Shown: positions 19,431 through 30,114 of the stretch, piece after piece
How positions within the stretch are numbered: the first letter of the stretch is position 1
Layout: every line of letters begins with the position of its first letter
Origin: an uncultured Acidobacteriota bacterium
GTDB taxonomy: Bacteria; Acidobacteriota; Polarisedimenticolia; J045
DNA: 64,000 nucleotides
NCBI GenBank assembly: GCA_963702425.1
Contig: CAVPCQ010000020.1
Span: forward strand, 82,264 to 146,263
Direction: 5' to 3'
Notes under the pieces: model-generated
What the model was told of the DNA's origin: nothing
Databases searched by the model: none
Seen by the model: the letters and a program-made list of their open reading frames with translations, nothing else
Made by a program: the position numbers and the translations under genes

Positions 19431-19961
19431 TCACCCGGCCGCGACCTCCGGCCACTCGCCGTTGCGGCGCATCCGCTCGATCCGGCGCAGGACCAGCCGC
19501 CGCTTGAGAGGGGACATCCGCTGCAGGAAGGTGATCCCGTCGAGGTGATCCAGCTCGTGGCAGATGGCACGCGCGAAGAAGCCCTCCGCTTCGCCCTCCA
19601 CCGGCTTCCCGTCGAGATCGATCCCGGAGTACCGGACGCTCAGCGGGCGCATGACGTTCTCGTAGATTCCGGGGAACGAGAGGCAGCCTTCCTCGCCGTC
19701 CTGCTTGCCGCTGGCCTCGACCACGCGCGGGTTGATGAAGACCTGGACCTGGCCCGGCTCCTCACCCGCCGTCAGGTCGATCACCATGATCCGGCGCCGA
19801 TCGGCGACCTGGTTCGCGGCCAGTCCAACCCCCGGCTCGGCATGCATGGTCTCGACCATGTCCATGACGAGCGTTCGGATCTCGTCGTTGATCTCGGTGA
19901 CCTCATGCGTCGGCTCGAGCAGTACCGGGTGCGGGTAGGCAATGATCGGTCGGACCGCCAT
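19431..19961 (-). CDS. def: Peptide deformylase
   Basis: GVGLAANQ, EGCLS, HELDHLDG. Confidence 0.97.
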   Translation of the reverse strand: MAVRPIIAYPHPVLLEPTHEVTEINDEIRTLVMDMVETMHAEPGVGLAANQVADRRRIMVIDLTAGEEPGQVQVFINPRVVEASGKQDGEEGCLSFPGIYENVMRPLSVRYSGIDLDGKPVEGEAEGFFARAICHELDHLDGITFLQRMSPLKRRLVLRRIERMRRNGEWPEVAAG

Positions 19962-20057
19962 CGGAAAACCCTCGGGGTGCGTCCGCGCGCACCCGTCAGT
20001 GCAAGCTAACACCGGGCTCGGACCCGAGCAAATTGGCAGCGGGAACCGTCCCCTTCC

Positions 20058-20087
20058 GAGGACGATCCCTCTCTCAAGAGGACGATC
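20058..20087. promoter_or_regulatory. Exact 10-bp direct repeat GAGGACGATC x2 (20-bp period), candidate activator site
   Basis: Copies at 20058-20067 and 20078-20087 in the def/DUF6600 intergenic region. Confidence 0.45.
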
Positions 20088-20160
20088 AGCCCGTCGGTTC
20101 GGGATCCCTAACATGTTCCGAAGGTTCCATTTGTGGGATCCGGAGGGGGCGCTTACCCAG

Positions 20161-20176
20161 GGGAATGGAGTTTGCA
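20161..20176 (+). promoter_or_regulatory. Candidate sigma-54 (-24/-12) promoter
   Basis: GGGAATGGAGTTTGCA, GG-N10-GC with TTGCA, ending 15 nt before the RBS AGGAGG of the 20203 gene. Confidence 0.5.
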
Positions 20177-20202
20177 GCCGGGGTGAGGTGCAGGAGGACA
20201 TC

Positions 20203-22473
20203 ATGAACCGCCCCGTTCACCGCACCCCCCCCCGGAAGTCAGCCACCCGCACCGCCGGCGCCGCGATGCTCGCCTGCGCCGCGCTGGCCGCGGTGGCAGG
20301 GCCGGCCGAGGGCCGGCCTCCGGTCTCCTTCGTCAACGAAGAAATCGTCCCCGAGGTCTCCTCGATCGCTCCGGCCGCGACCGGAGCGACCGCGCCGTTC
20401 GCCCGCGTGCGCTACCAGGAGGGCGGCGTCGAATCCCGCCAGGGGAACGCGCTGCCGCAGGCGGTGGACGTCAACTACCCGGTCTTCGCCGGTGAACGGA
20501 TCACCACCGACTCCGGCCAGCGGGTGGAGCTGCAGCTTCCGGACGGCACCATGCTGCGGATCGACCGCGATTCGGAGGTCATGTTCGACGACTTCGCCGC
20601 GCTCGACGGCGGCACTTCGGTCGTCGCGCTCGCGAGCGGACAGGTGCAGCTGATGATCGGCAACGCGCGCGGCGGTGACGGGCTCCGCATCGACACGCCG
20701 TCGGCGTCGATCTACCCGCTCGACGCCAGCAACGTGCGGGTGGACGTGGAGCCGGGCGACGCGGTTCGCGTGTCGGTCGCGAGCGGGCGGGTCGAAGTCG
20801 CGGCGGAACGGGGTTCCGTCGTGGTGGTGAGCGGAGAGCGGACGGCGGTCGCGCCGGGGGCCGCGCCCCGCGACCCGTGGCGCTATGCCGCCGGCACGCG
20901 CGACAGCTTCGACGGCTGGGCGGCGCAGCGCGACCGCGACGATCCTTCCGCAGTGGCGGCGAGCGAGGTGGGCGTGGAATTCGAAGCACTCCCCGAAGAG
21001 GTCCAGCCCTACTACGGTGAGCTCTCCCAGGCAGGCCAGTGGGTCTATACCGAGGACTACGGCTGGGCCCTGCAGCCCAACGTCGGCTCCGACTGGCAGC
21101 CCTACCAGAACGGCGAGTGGTACCCGAGCCCGGCCGGCGACCCGGTCTGGGTCGGAGCCGAACCCTGGGGCTGGGCCACCTGGCGCTACGGGAGCTGGGA
21201 CTTCAACCTGGGCGTAGGCGGTTGGATCTGGGTTCCCGGCGCCGTCTGGGGCCCGGCGAACGTGTGGTGGTACTACGGGCCTTCGTACGTCGGCTGGGTC
21301 CCGAACAGCTACTGGGGCTGGCCGGTCTACGGCTGGTACGGTGGCGGGTACTGGGGTTCACCCTGGTTCGACTACTGCCCCTGGACGTTCGTCGGCTACG
21401 ACGACTTCTGGCACGGGTCCGTGCCGCGCGCGGCGGTCTCGCGCGATCGAATCCTCAAGCCGGAGCTCGACCGTGGCGTGGTGTCGCGCGAGGCGATCCC
21501 CGCCCCCGACGATCGGCGCGCGCGCGCCGGAGCCGGCGCGAAGGGCGAGCGGCGCGAAGCGCTCGACCGCGGAGTCTACGACAGGGCCCGCACGCGTGCC
21601 GAGCGCGGCGACCGCGCCGTGCGCCCGGTGCCGCGTTCGACGGTCGAGGACGAGATGCGCCGCGAGCGCGGCGCCGACGCGCCAGGCCAGCGCAGCGGCG
21701 GGGGCCAGGGTGCGACGGCTCCCGGCCGGCGCGAGTCGGTCGGCCGGCGCGGGGGCGAGGGAACGACCGGTCACGTGAAACCCCCGGGTGAGGCCACCCC
21801 CCCGCGCGGCGGCGAGCGGTCCGTCACGCCACGCCTTCCGCGCAGCCCCGCTTCAGCGGCCCCCTCCCAGCCTTCCGCGCCGCGTCCGCCTCGGGCGCCG
21901 CGCCGCAGTGCGCCGGACGGTGCCGCCGACCTCAAACCGGGCGTGACGCCGGGTTCCCGGGGCCCAGGCAGCAGTACCGTGCCGGCCCGGCAGGGAGCGA
22001 TGCCTCGCGCCCCGCGCACCTTCCCGCGCGCGCCCGAGGGGGGCCTCGCCCCCCGCGCGCCGCGCGACGGCGAGTCGGTGCGCCGGTTCTTCGGGCGGCT
22101 CTCCGAGGAGAACCGCGGTGCGCCGGTCGCACCGCGGACCAGCCCGATTCGCCCGGGATCCGGTCCGACGCGCTCGGAGCGTGCGGCGCCCGCACCCCGT
22201 GCCCCGCGCCCGCAGGCCGGGAGCCCGGGTACTCCGAGCGGCCGCCAGGCGCCGCGGGCGCCCGCGGCCGGGTCCCGGAGCGGATCCGGGAACTCGGGGA
22301 AGCCCCCCGCGGCAGCCCCCCGCCCGGGTTCGGGCGGGAGCGCGCCCCGGAGCGGCCCAGCACCGCGCTCCGGCGGGAGCAGCGCCCCGCACTCCAGCGG
22401 GAGCAGCGCGCCTCACGGGAGCAGCGGGAGGAGCAGCGGCTCGACCGGCCACTCGACTTCTCCACGCCGCTGA
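20203..22473 (+). CDS. Exported FecR-domain / DUF6600-like protein with long Pro/Arg/Gly/Ser-rich disordered tail
   Basis: RBS AGGAGG; signal peptide; FecR-like segment (RVELQLPDGTMLRID, RIDTPSA); W/G/Y/P-rich domain (DWQPYQNGEW, EPWGWATWRYGSW, WGPANVWW). Confidence 0.8.
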   Translation: MNRPVHRTPPRKSATRTAGAAMLACAALAAVAGPAEGRPPVSFVNEEIVPEVSSIAPAATGATAPFARVRYQEGGVESRQGNALPQAVDVNYPVFAGERITTDSGQRVELQLPDGTMLRIDRDSEVMFDDFAALDGGTSVVALASGQVQLMIGNARGGDGLRIDTPSASIYPLDASNVRVDVEPGDAVRVSVASGRVEVAAERGSVVVVSGERTAVAPGAAPRDPWRYAAGTRDSFDGWAAQRDRDDPSAVAASEVGVEFEALPEEVQPYYGELSQAGQWVYTEDYGWALQPNVGSDWQPYQNGEWYPSPAGDPVWVGAEPWGWATWRYGSWDFNLGVGGWIWVPGAVWGPANVWWYYGPSYVGWVPNSYWGWPVYGWYGGGYWGSPWFDYCPWTFVGYDDFWHGSVPRAAVSRDRILKPELDRGVVSREAIPAPDDRRARAGAGAKGERREALDRGVYDRARTRAERGDRAVRPVPRSTVEDEMRRERGADAPGQRSGGGQGATAPGRRESVGRRGGEGTTGHVKPPGEATPPRGGERSVTPRLPRSPASAAPSQPSAPRPPRAPRRSAPDGAADLKPGVTPGSRGPGSSTVPARQGAMPRAPRTFPRAPEGGLAPRAPRDGESVRRFFGRLSEENRGAPVAPRTSPIRPGSGPTRSERAAPAPRAPRPQAGSPGTPSGRQAPRAPAAGSRSGSGNSGKPPAAAPRPGSGGSAPRSGPAPRSGGSSAPHSSGSSAPHGSSGRSSGSTGHSTSPRR

Positions 22474-22521
22474 GCGGGGGATCGGGTCGGTCGGACCGGG
22501 CCCGGCGCGCCGGAGCGACGC

Positions 22522-23556
22522 TCAGCCAGCCGGTTGCCTCACCGCCGCGAGCGCCCGGCGGTAGACCTCGCGATTGAGCCGGGCCAGCGCGGGACGTCCG
22601 ATATCCGCCAGGGAGCGCCCGAGCAGGCGCGAGCGCAGGCGCGAGAGCCGGAAGCGGCCGCTGGCCCGGGAAGCTCGATCGAGCAGCGCGAGCGCGCGCG
22701 GGCCAGCCTGCGGATCGTAGTCGGCGCCGACCAGCGCCGCGAGCGCTTCCCGATCGGCCAGCTGCTCGGCGTCGGTTCCGAATCCGACCCGCCACGTGAG
22801 TTCGGCCGCGCGGGCCAGCGACTGGTCGTCGCGCCGCCGCCAGAACGACCAGAATGGCGCGTGCGACGCGTTGAAATAGCGGCGGGAGATCCAGCCGCCG
22901 CGCATGAGCGACTCTTCGCGGGCCAGCAGGAATGCAAACTGCGCCTCGTCCTCCAGCGCGGCAACCACGCCCGCGCTCACGACCAGGGTTCGATCCGGCA
23001 GCGCGAACACGAGCGGCTCCGCCACGCCGGCGAAGCTCGCCTCGCCCCAGGGCCCCGGCGTGACCGCCGCGCAGACCGCCGCGACGTAGCAACCGGCGGC
23101 GGAGCCGGGTGTCACGCGGAATCGCGTTCCCAGGAGCTCCCTCAGGCGGGCCGCGACCTCGTCGCTCTGGGTGCGGGTTGGCCCCGTCATGACCGGCCCA
23201 CCGGCGCAGGAGCGCCCGCGACCGGCGGAGAGGGCATGCGGCAGCGCGCACCGCCGGCAGACCACCTCGGCCTCCCCGTTCGGGGCGACGAGCCCGCCGC
23301 ACGCGGCGCACCACCCCTCCCCCCCGGGAAGCGCGACTGAGGCCTGCTCGCGGCAGTGAGGGCAGACCGAGCCCTCGAGCTGGGCCCCGCTGGTCGCTTC
23401 CTCCCTTTCGGCGCCCCACGGACCGCGCCAGAACCCCGTGGGAACGCCGGCCCCCGGGAAGACGGCCAGCCCCGGGAAGTCGGCGCGCTCGGCCGAGGGC
23501 GCGGGGGAACAAGGTTCGCCCGAATCCGGGCGCGCCTCTACGAACGCGTCGTTCAC
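22522..23556 (-). CDS. Zinc-ribbon protein with degenerate M48 peptidase-like domain
   Basis: CPHC, CAAC, CRRC; then FALPD...VSAG...EDEAQFAFLLAREE...EQLAD...GADYDP, an M48 pattern lacking HExxH. Start at GTG 23556 is inferred. Confidence 0.6.
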   Translation of the reverse strand: MNDAFVEARPDSGEPCSPAPSAERADFPGLAVFPGAGVPTGFWRGPWGAEREEATSGAQLEGSVCPHCREQASVALPGGEGWCAACGGLVAPNGEAEVVCRRCALPHALSAGRGRSCAGGPVMTGPTRTQSDEVAARLRELLGTRFRVTPGSAAGCYVAAVCAAVTPGPWGEASFAGVAEPLVFALPDRTLVVSAGVVAALEDEAQFAFLLAREESLMRGGWISRRYFNASHAPFWSFWRRRDDQSLARAAELTWRVGFGTDAEQLADREALAALVGADYDPQAGPRALALLDRASRASGRFRLSRLRSRLLGRSLADIGRPALARLNREVYRRALAAVRQPAG

Positions 23557-23815
23557 ACTCCCAATATGGGATCCGGACACGTTGGGGACGAGCCGGGCGC
23601 GGCCGCGCACGGTTCGCTTGACCCTGCCGCCCGGGACCTCTAAAGTTCCGGTTTTTGCCAGGTTGGCCGGAAATCCCGCCGATCGCTCCCCGCCCGCGCG
23701 CGCCGCCCGCGGCGCCCTCCGCGCCGCGCAGTCGAGGACTGACGCGCCGTGGGGGGGCTTCGCGCCACGGCCGCCTGCGCCCGCGGGGAACGCCTCCGCC
23801 AGGAGCGACAGGAGC

Positions 23816-25900
23816 ATGAAGGTCTACGACACGCGCGACATCCGGAACATCGCTTTCGTCGGTCACGGACACGCCGGGAAGACCAGTCTCGTCTCCTCCC
23901 TGCTCTTCGCGACGCACGCCACGGAGAAGCTCGGCGCGATCGCGGACGGCAGCACGCTGACGGATTTCGACCCCGACGAGGTCGAACGCAGGATCAGCAT
24001 GGCGCTCGCCGTAGCCGCGTGCGGATGGATGGATACGAAGCTCAACCTCGTGGACGCTCCCGGGTACGCGAACTTCATCGGCGAGGCGGCGGCGGCGATG
24101 CGGGCCGCCGACGTCGGGCTGATTCTCGTGCACGCCCTCGACGGGGTCGCGGTACAAACCGAGCGGATGTGGGAGGACGCGGAGAAGGCGGGGCTTCCCG
24201 TGATCTTCGCGGTCTCCGCTCTCGACCGCGAGCGGGCCTCGTTCGCCGAAAGCGCGGCGGCAATCGCGCGCCGTTTCAGTCGCGCGGCTCTGCCGGTCGC
24301 CCTCCCGATCGGCGAGGAAGCGAAGGTCCGGGGCGTGGTCTGCCTCGTGACCGGCAAGGCCTACCTGTCGAAGCCCGGCGCGCCGGACGTCAGCCTCGCC
24401 GAGGTCCCCGCGGACATGAAGGACGCGTATCAGGAGGGACGCGAGAAGCTGCTCGAGGCCGTCGCCGAGTCCGACGACGAACTGATGAACGCCTTCCTCG
24501 AGAACGGAACGCTCGATGACGAGCAGTTCGTCGCCGGGCTCCGCAAGGCGATCGCCGAGCGCAAGCTCATGCCGATCTTCGCGACCGCCGCGACGGCGAT
24601 GGTCGGAACGCACCACCTGCTCGACGGTATCGTCCAGTTCGCTCCCTCGCCGGCCGACCGGCCCGCGGTCAAGGTCAAGCTCGAGTCCGGCGAGGAGCAG
24701 GAGCGCGCCATCGATGCGAGCGGCCCGTTCACGGCGCAGGTCTTCAAGACCTACATCGATCCGTTCGCCGGACGGATCTCGATGGTCCGCCTCTTCTCGG
24801 GCGCGATCACGGCCGACCAGAACGCCTGGAACGCCAGCCGTGGAGCCCCGGAGAAGCTCAGCGGTCTGGCAGTCCCGCGCGGCAAGTCCGGCGAGAAGCT
24901 CTCGGAGGCTCGGGCGGGCGACATCGTGATGCTAGTCAAGCTCAAGGACACGCATACCGGCGACACGCTCGTCGCGGACAAGACCCACCTCGCCCAGCTG
25001 CCGGCGATCCCGTTCCCCCGGCCGATGATCGCCTACGCGATCAAGGGCGAGGCCAAGGGCGACGACGAGAAGATCTCGGCCGCGCTGCAGCGCCTCGTGG
25101 AAGAGGACCCGACGCTCAAGCTGGACCGCGACCCCCGCTCGCACGAGCTGATGCTGGCCGGACGGGGCGCCGACCACGTCAAGATCGCGCTCGACAAGAT
25201 CGCCAAGCGGGCCAACGTCAAGGCGACGCTCGAGAAGCCCAAGGTGCCCTACCTCGAGACGATCACGAAGAGCGCGCAGGACATGTACAGGCACAAGAAG
25301 CAGACCGGCGGTGCCGGGCAGTTCGCCGAGGTGCACATGCGGATCGACCCGCAGCCGCGCGGTACGGGATTCGAGTTCACATCGGAGATCTTTGGCGGCT
25401 CGATCTCCCGGAACTTCTGGCCGTCGATCGAGAAGGGCGTCCACAAGGTGCTCGACGGGGGCGCGATCGCCGGCTACCCGATGGTCGACGTCAAGGCCGT
25501 GATCTACGACGGCAAGGAGCACCCGGTCGACTCCAAGGACATCGCCTTCCAGGTCGCGGGGCGCGAGGTCTTCAAGCTCTGCGTCCAGAAGGCCGGGCCG
25601 GTCGTGCTCGAGCCGATCATGAAAGTCGTGGTCACCTGTCCCGACGAGTGCATGGGCGACATCCTCGGCGACCTGACGCGACGGCGCGGCAAGGTGCAGG
25701 GATCGGACAATGCGGGTGGACGCACCGTCGTACGCGCGCAGGTCCCGATGGCCGAAATGCTCGAGTACGCCGCGACATTGAAGTCCCTGACCTCCGACCG
25801 TGGCTCGTACGTGATGGACCTCGACCACTACGAGCGCGTGCCAGCCGACCTCCAGGCCAAGCTGCAGGCCGAGTACAAGCCGCACGAGACCGAGGACTGA
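23816..25900 (+). CDS. Elongation factor G-like protein (EF-G2)
   Basis: [48 protein letters not shown]. Not in an rpsL-rpsG-tuf operon; G-motifs divergent. Confidence 0.9.
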   Translation: MKVYDTRDIRNIAFVGHGHAGKTSLVSSLLFATHATEKLGAIADGSTLTDFDPDEVERRISMALAVAACGWMDTKLNLVDAPGYANFIGEAAAAMRAADVGLILVHALDGVAVQTERMWEDAEKAGLPVIFAVSALDRERASFAESAAAIARRFSRAALPVALPIGEEAKVRGVVCLVTGKAYLSKPGAPDVSLAEVPADMKDAYQEGREKLLEAVAESDDELMNAFLENGTLDDEQFVAGLRKAIAERKLMPIFATAATAMVGTHHLLDGIVQFAPSPADRPAVKVKLESGEEQERAIDASGPFTAQVFKTYIDPFAGRISMVRLFSGAITADQNAWNASRGAPEKLSGLAVPRGKSGEKLSEARAGDIVMLVKLKDTHTGDTLVADKTHLAQLPAIPFPRPMIAYAIKGEAKGDDEKISAALQRLVEEDPTLKLDRDPRSHELMLAGRGADHVKIALDKIAKRANVKATLEKPKVPYLETITKSAQDMYRHKKQTGGAGQFAEVHMRIDPQPRGTGFEFTSEIFGGSISRNFWPSIEKGVHKVLDGGAIAGYPMVDVKAVIYDGKEHPVDSKDIAFQVAGREVFKLCVQKAGPVVLEPIMKVVVTCPDECMGDILGDLTRRRGKVQGSDNAGGRTVVRAQVPMAEMLEYAATLKSLTSDRGSYVMDLDHYERVPADLQAKLQAEYKPHETED

Positions 25901-25904
25901 CCTC

Positions 25905-27230
25905 TTGACCGAGCCCGTCCGCATCAAGGATCTCGGCCTTCACGCGGGCCAGGTGGTCGTGATCCGCGGCTGGGTCACCCACGTCCGCTCGAAGGGGAAG
26001 ATCGCCTTCGTCGTCGTGCGCGACGGGTCGGGAATCGTGCAGACGGTGGCGTCGCTACAGGACGTCGGGGCGGAGGCGCTGGCGCGGATGGACGGCGCGA
26101 CGCAGGAGGCGTCGGTCGTCGTCGCGGGCACGGTCCGGGCCGACAAGCGCGCCCCGGGAGGCTTCGAGCTTCAGGTGAACTCGTTCGAGCTGGTCGGGGC
26201 CTCGCCCGACTACCCGATCTCTCCCAAGGAGCACGGCATCGAGTTTCTGCTCGACCACCGCCACCTCTGGCTGCGCCACCGCGGCCCGTGGGCGATCCTC
26301 AGGATCCGCGACGAGATCGAGAAGTCGATCCGCGACTTCATGTACGACCGCGAGTTCGTGCTGATCGACTCGCCGATCCTGACCCCGGCGGCGTGCGAGG
26401 GGACGAGCACGCTGTTCGAGACCGACTACTTCGAGGAGAAGGCCTACCTCTCGCAGTCCGGCCAGCTCTACCTCGAGCCGGCCTGCATGGCCTTCGACAA
26501 AGTCTACTGCTTCGGCCCGACGTTCCGTGCCGAGAAGTCCAAGACGCGCCGCCATCTGACCGAGTTCTGGATGATCGAGCCGGAGATGGCCTGGGCGACG
26601 CTCGACGACGTGATGACACTGGCCGAGGAGATGGTGTCGTACCTCGTCGCCCGCGTGCTCGACCGCCGGCGCGAGGAACTGAAGATCCTCGAGCGGGACA
26701 CGGCGAAGCTGGAGTCGGTCGTTCCGCCGTTCCCGCGCCTGTCCTACGACGAGGCCGCCGCGATCCTGACGCGCCCGGAGAACGTGCGGCGCGCGGAGCA
26801 GGCCGGGGCGCCGCCGTTCGTGCCAGGGAACGATCTCGGAGCGGTGGACGAGACGATCCTCGGCGAGCCGTACGACCGGCCGGTGATGATCCACCGCTAT
26901 CCGGTCCCGGTGAAGGCATTCTACATGCAGCCTGACCCCGAGCGGCCCGACCGCGCGCTTTGCGTCGACGTGATCGCGCCAGAGGGCTACGGCGAGATCA
27001 TCGGCGGCAGCCAGCGGATCCACGACCCGGAGCTCCTGCGTGCGCGGATTGCCGAGCACGGGCTGCCGGAGTCGGCCTTCCGCTGGTACCTCGACGTGCG
27101 GAGGTACGGAGCGGTACCGCACGCCGGGTTCGGCATGGGGATCGAGCGCGTCGTCGGGTGGATCACCGGCACGCGGCACCTGCGCGAGACGATCCCCTAC
27201 CCGAGGACGATCCAGCGGTTGTACCCGTGA
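25905..27230 (+). CDS. asnS: Asparagine--tRNA ligase
   Basis: OB fold; [59 protein letters not shown]. Confidence 0.95.
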   Translation: MTEPVRIKDLGLHAGQVVVIRGWVTHVRSKGKIAFVVVRDGSGIVQTVASLQDVGAEALARMDGATQEASVVVAGTVRADKRAPGGFELQVNSFELVGASPDYPISPKEHGIEFLLDHRHLWLRHRGPWAILRIRDEIEKSIRDFMYDREFVLIDSPILTPAACEGTSTLFETDYFEEKAYLSQSGQLYLEPACMAFDKVYCFGPTFRAEKSKTRRHLTEFWMIEPEMAWATLDDVMTLAEEMVSYLVARVLDRRREELKILERDTAKLESVVPPFPRLSYDEAAAILTRPENVRRAEQAGAPPFVPGNDLGAVDETILGEPYDRPVMIHRYPVPVKAFYMQPDPERPDRALCVDVIAPEGYGEIIGGSQRIHDPELLRARIAEHGLPESAFRWYLDVRRYGAVPHAGFGMGIERVVGWITGTRHLRETIPYPRTIQRLYP

Positions 27231-28609
27231 GCCGCGGGGGAGCCGCCCGCCGCGTCGCGCTCGTCAGCCTGGGTTGCCCCAAGAACCAGGTCGACAGCGA
27301 ACTGATCCTCGGCCGCTTGCGCGCGGAGGGCTGGGAGGTCGTGGGGGACGCCAACGATGCCGACACGCTCGTCGTCAACACCTGCGCCTTCATCGACAAG
27401 GCGCGCGCCGAGTCGGTCGAGGCGCTGGTCGATGCGGTGCAGTGGAAGAAGGACCGCGACGGCCGCCAGGTCGTCGCAGCCGGGTGCCTCGTGCAGCGCT
27501 ACGGCGGTGAACTGGCCCGGGAAATCCCCGAACTCGACGCGCTGATCGGTCTCGACGGGATCCAGCGGGTCCACCACTCGCTGCCCCGGGAGAAGCCGGG
27601 CCTGCTCGCGTTGCCGGCTGCCGCACCGGCGGGTGGCCCGGCGACGGGGCTGTTCGACGCCACCGACCCGCGGTTGCGGCTCTCACCCCCTTACACCGCC
27701 TTCGTCAAGATCGCCGAGGGGTGCAACCAGCAGTGCGCCTTCTGCGCGATCCCGACCTTCCGCGGGCGGATGCGCTCGAGAACGATCGTGGACTTGGGAG
27801 CGGAGTTGTCGCTGCTGGCGCGCGAGGGGGTCGTCGAGGCGAACCTCGTCGCCCAGGATTCCACCGGCTACGGGCGCGACCTCGGCCTGCGGGATGGACT
27901 GGCCGACCTGATCGAGTCGTTCGAGACGCTGTCCGAGGTGCCGCGCTGGATCCGGCTGCACTACCTCTACCCGGGCCGGATCTCGCGCCGGCTGCTCGAG
28001 GCGTTCGCGCGCTCCACGCGGCTCGTCGAGTACATCGATCTGCCGTTGCAGCACGCGCACCGCGGGACGCTGCAGCGGATGAACCGGCCGGGGTCGGGAG
28101 AGGCCCACCTCGCGCAGCTCGAGGAACTCCGGCGCGCCCTTCCCGGCGCCGGTGTGCGCTCGAGCTTCATCGTCGGCTTTCCGGGAGAGACCGAAGCGGA
28201 ATTCGGCGAACTCTGCGCCTTCGTGCAGGCCGCGGGGCTCGACGCCGTCGGGGTCTTCACCTACTCCCACGAGGAGTCGACGACCGCCTTCGCGCTCGAG
28301 GACGGCATCCCGGAGGAGGTCAAGGAGGAGCGGCGCGAACGGCTCGAGGAGATCGCCTCCTCGGTCGCGCACGAGCGCAACCGGGCGCGGATCGGCACGA
28401 CGCTCGAGCTGCTCGTCGAGGGGCCGGGCGACGACTCGCCGCGCGACGCGGTCGCGCGCTGGCGGGGTCAGGCGCCGGAGGTCGATGGCCACGTGGTCCT
28501 GATCGACGGCGGCGGGATCGCGCCGGGCTCGCTGGTCCCCGGGACCGTGGTCGATGCCGGTCCCCACGACCTGACCGCGCGCGTCGGCGCCGGCGGAGGC
28601 ACGCCGTGA
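27227..28609 (+). CDS. rimO: Ribosomal protein S12 methylthiotransferase RimO
   Basis: [18 protein letters not shown], radical [29 protein letters not shown] domain. Confidence 0.95.
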   Translation: MSRGGAARRVALVSLGCPKNQVDSELILGRLRAEGWEVVGDANDADTLVVNTCAFIDKARAESVEALVDAVQWKKDRDGRQVVAAGCLVQRYGGELAREIPELDALIGLDGIQRVHHSLPREKPGLLALPAAAPAGGPATGLFDATDPRLRLSPPYTAFVKIAEGCNQQCAFCAIPTFRGRMRSRTIVDLGAELSLLAREGVVEANLVAQDSTGYGRDLGLRDGLADLIESFETLSEVPRWIRLHYLYPGRISRRLLEAFARSTRLVEYIDLPLQHAHRGTLQRMNRPGSGEAHLAQLEELRRALPGAGVRSSFIVGFPGETEAEFGELCAFVQAAGLDAVGVFTYSHEESTTAFALEDGIPEEVKEERRERLEEIASSVAHERNRARIGTTLELLVEGPGDDSPRDAVARWRGQAPEVDGHVVLIDGGGIAPGSLVPGTVVDAGPHDLTARVGAGGGTP

Positions 28610-29064
28610 CTCGGCTCGAGACCACGCTGGCGACCTGGTTCGGCAGCGGCTACTCACCGTTCGCGTCCGGCACGGCAGGGACGCTGGCCAGCGTGCCGCT
28701 GGTCCTGCTCCTGTGGTGGATCGGTTCGGTCCCGCTGCACATCGCGGCGATCGTCGGCGTCACGGCGCTCGGCCTCTGGGCCTCCCGGGGCGCGGAGGCG
28801 CACTGGGGGCGCAAGGACCCGGGCCAGGTCGTCATCGACGAGACCGCCGGCTACCTCGTGGCGACCCTCCTCGTGCCCCCCACAGCCGTCGCGCTCGCCC
28901 TGTCCTTTCTGCTGTTCCGCGCTTTCGACGTCGTGAAGCCCTTCCCGGCCGGCCGCTCCCAGGCGCTCCCGGGTGCGTGGGGGATCATGGCCGACGACCT
29001 GTTCGCGGGGATCTACTCGAACCTGGCGCTGCAGGCCCTGCTCTGGCTCTGGGGCCGTGCGTGA
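28606..29064 (+). CDS. pgpA: Phosphatidylglycerophosphatase A
   Basis: GSGYSPFASGTAGT, DPGQVVIDE, FRAFDVVKP, GIMADD. Confidence 0.93.
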   Translation: MTRLETTLATWFGSGYSPFASGTAGTLASVPLVLLLWWIGSVPLHIAAIVGVTALGLWASRGAEAHWGRKDPGQVVIDETAGYLVATLLVPPTAVALALSFLLFRAFDVVKPFPAGRSQALPGAWGIMADDLFAGIYSNLALQALLWLWGRA

Positions 29065-29999
29065 CCGTCGTCGACCGGCTCGAGCAGCTCCCGCTGCCGG
29101 ACGGAAGGCGAATGGTGGCGACGATCGGCTTCTACGATGGCCTGCACCGCGGCCACCAGGCGATTCTCGACGAGGTCGTCCGCCGGGCGCGTACCGCGGG
29201 CGAACCCGCGGCGGTGGTCACGTTCGAGCCGCACCCCCTGCGGGTGCTGGCCCCCGAGCGCGCGCCGCGCCTGCTGCTGACCGACGACCAGAAGATCGCC
29301 CTCTTCGAGCAGTCGGGCCTCGACCTGGTGGTCTTTCTGCCGTTCGACCGCCCGATGGCGGCCATGCCGGCCGAGATCTTCGCGCGCGAGGTCGTGAGCG
29401 GACGGCTCCGCGCCTCCCAGGTGCTGGTCGGCTCGAACTTCCGCTTCGGGCGCGGGCGCGCCGGGGACGTGCCGTTGCTGGCCCGCGTCGGCGCCGAATG
29501 CGGCTTCACGGCGGAAGCCCTCGAGGCGGTGCTGGACGGCGGGCAGCCGGTCTCGGCGTCGCGCATCCGGCGCGAACTGGCGGACGGCGACGTGGCGGAG
29601 GCCGCGCGCCTGCTGGGCCGGCCGTACGCCTTGGCGGGGACCATCGTCCATGGCGAGGGGCGCGGGGGGAAGGTCGTGGTCGCCACCGCGAACCTCGCTC
29701 CCGAGAACGAGTTCCTGCCGGCGCGGGGGGTCTACATCACGCGCCTGCGGTGGCAGGGCGACCGCCGCGAGGGCCTGACCAACGTCGGCTCCCGTCCCAC
29801 CTTCGGTGCCGACCGGGTCACCGTGGAGACCCACCTGCCCGGCTTCGAAGGCGACCTCTACGGCGAACGGGCGGAGCTGGAGTTCCTGGCCCGGCTGCGG
29901 GACGAACGGCACTTCCCGACCCCGGCCGACCTCGTGGCGCAGATCCGCCGCGACCTCGAGGCATTCGCCGACTGGAAGGCCGCCGGGGGCGGGGGCTAG
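29061..29999 (+). CDS. ribF: Bifunctional riboflavin kinase / FAD synthetase
   Basis: IGFYDGLHRGH, TFEPHP, FRFG, SASRIR, TANL, GVY, NVGSRPT, ETHL, LRDE. Confidence 0.94.
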   Translation: MTVVDRLEQLPLPDGRRMVATIGFYDGLHRGHQAILDEVVRRARTAGEPAAVVTFEPHPLRVLAPERAPRLLLTDDQKIALFEQSGLDLVVFLPFDRPMAAMPAEIFAREVVSGRLRASQVLVGSNFRFGRGRAGDVPLLARVGAECGFTAEALEAVLDGGQPVSASRIRRELADGDVAEAARLLGRPYALAGTIVHGEGRGGKVVVATANLAPENEFLPARGVYITRLRWQGDRREGLTNVGSRPTFGADRVTVETHLPGFEGDLYGERAELEFLARLRDERHFPTPADLVAQIRRDLEAFADWKAAGGGG

Positions 30000-30114
30000 C
30001 CCCCCGATGCATCGGTAGAGCGCCATGGAGTAACCTGTTCGTCCCACCCCCCGGATTGACTGCGGGCGCACCGGCAGCGTGTCTCCTACCCTCTGGCCCG
30101 CGAAAGGACCCTGG

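Noticed and set aside
22330-22445. Short direct repeats (GGGAGCAGCG-like) considered as a CRISPR array or VNTR
   Set aside because: They are in-frame SGGSSAP(H/R) low-complexity coding repeats, with no unique spacers and no cas genes.
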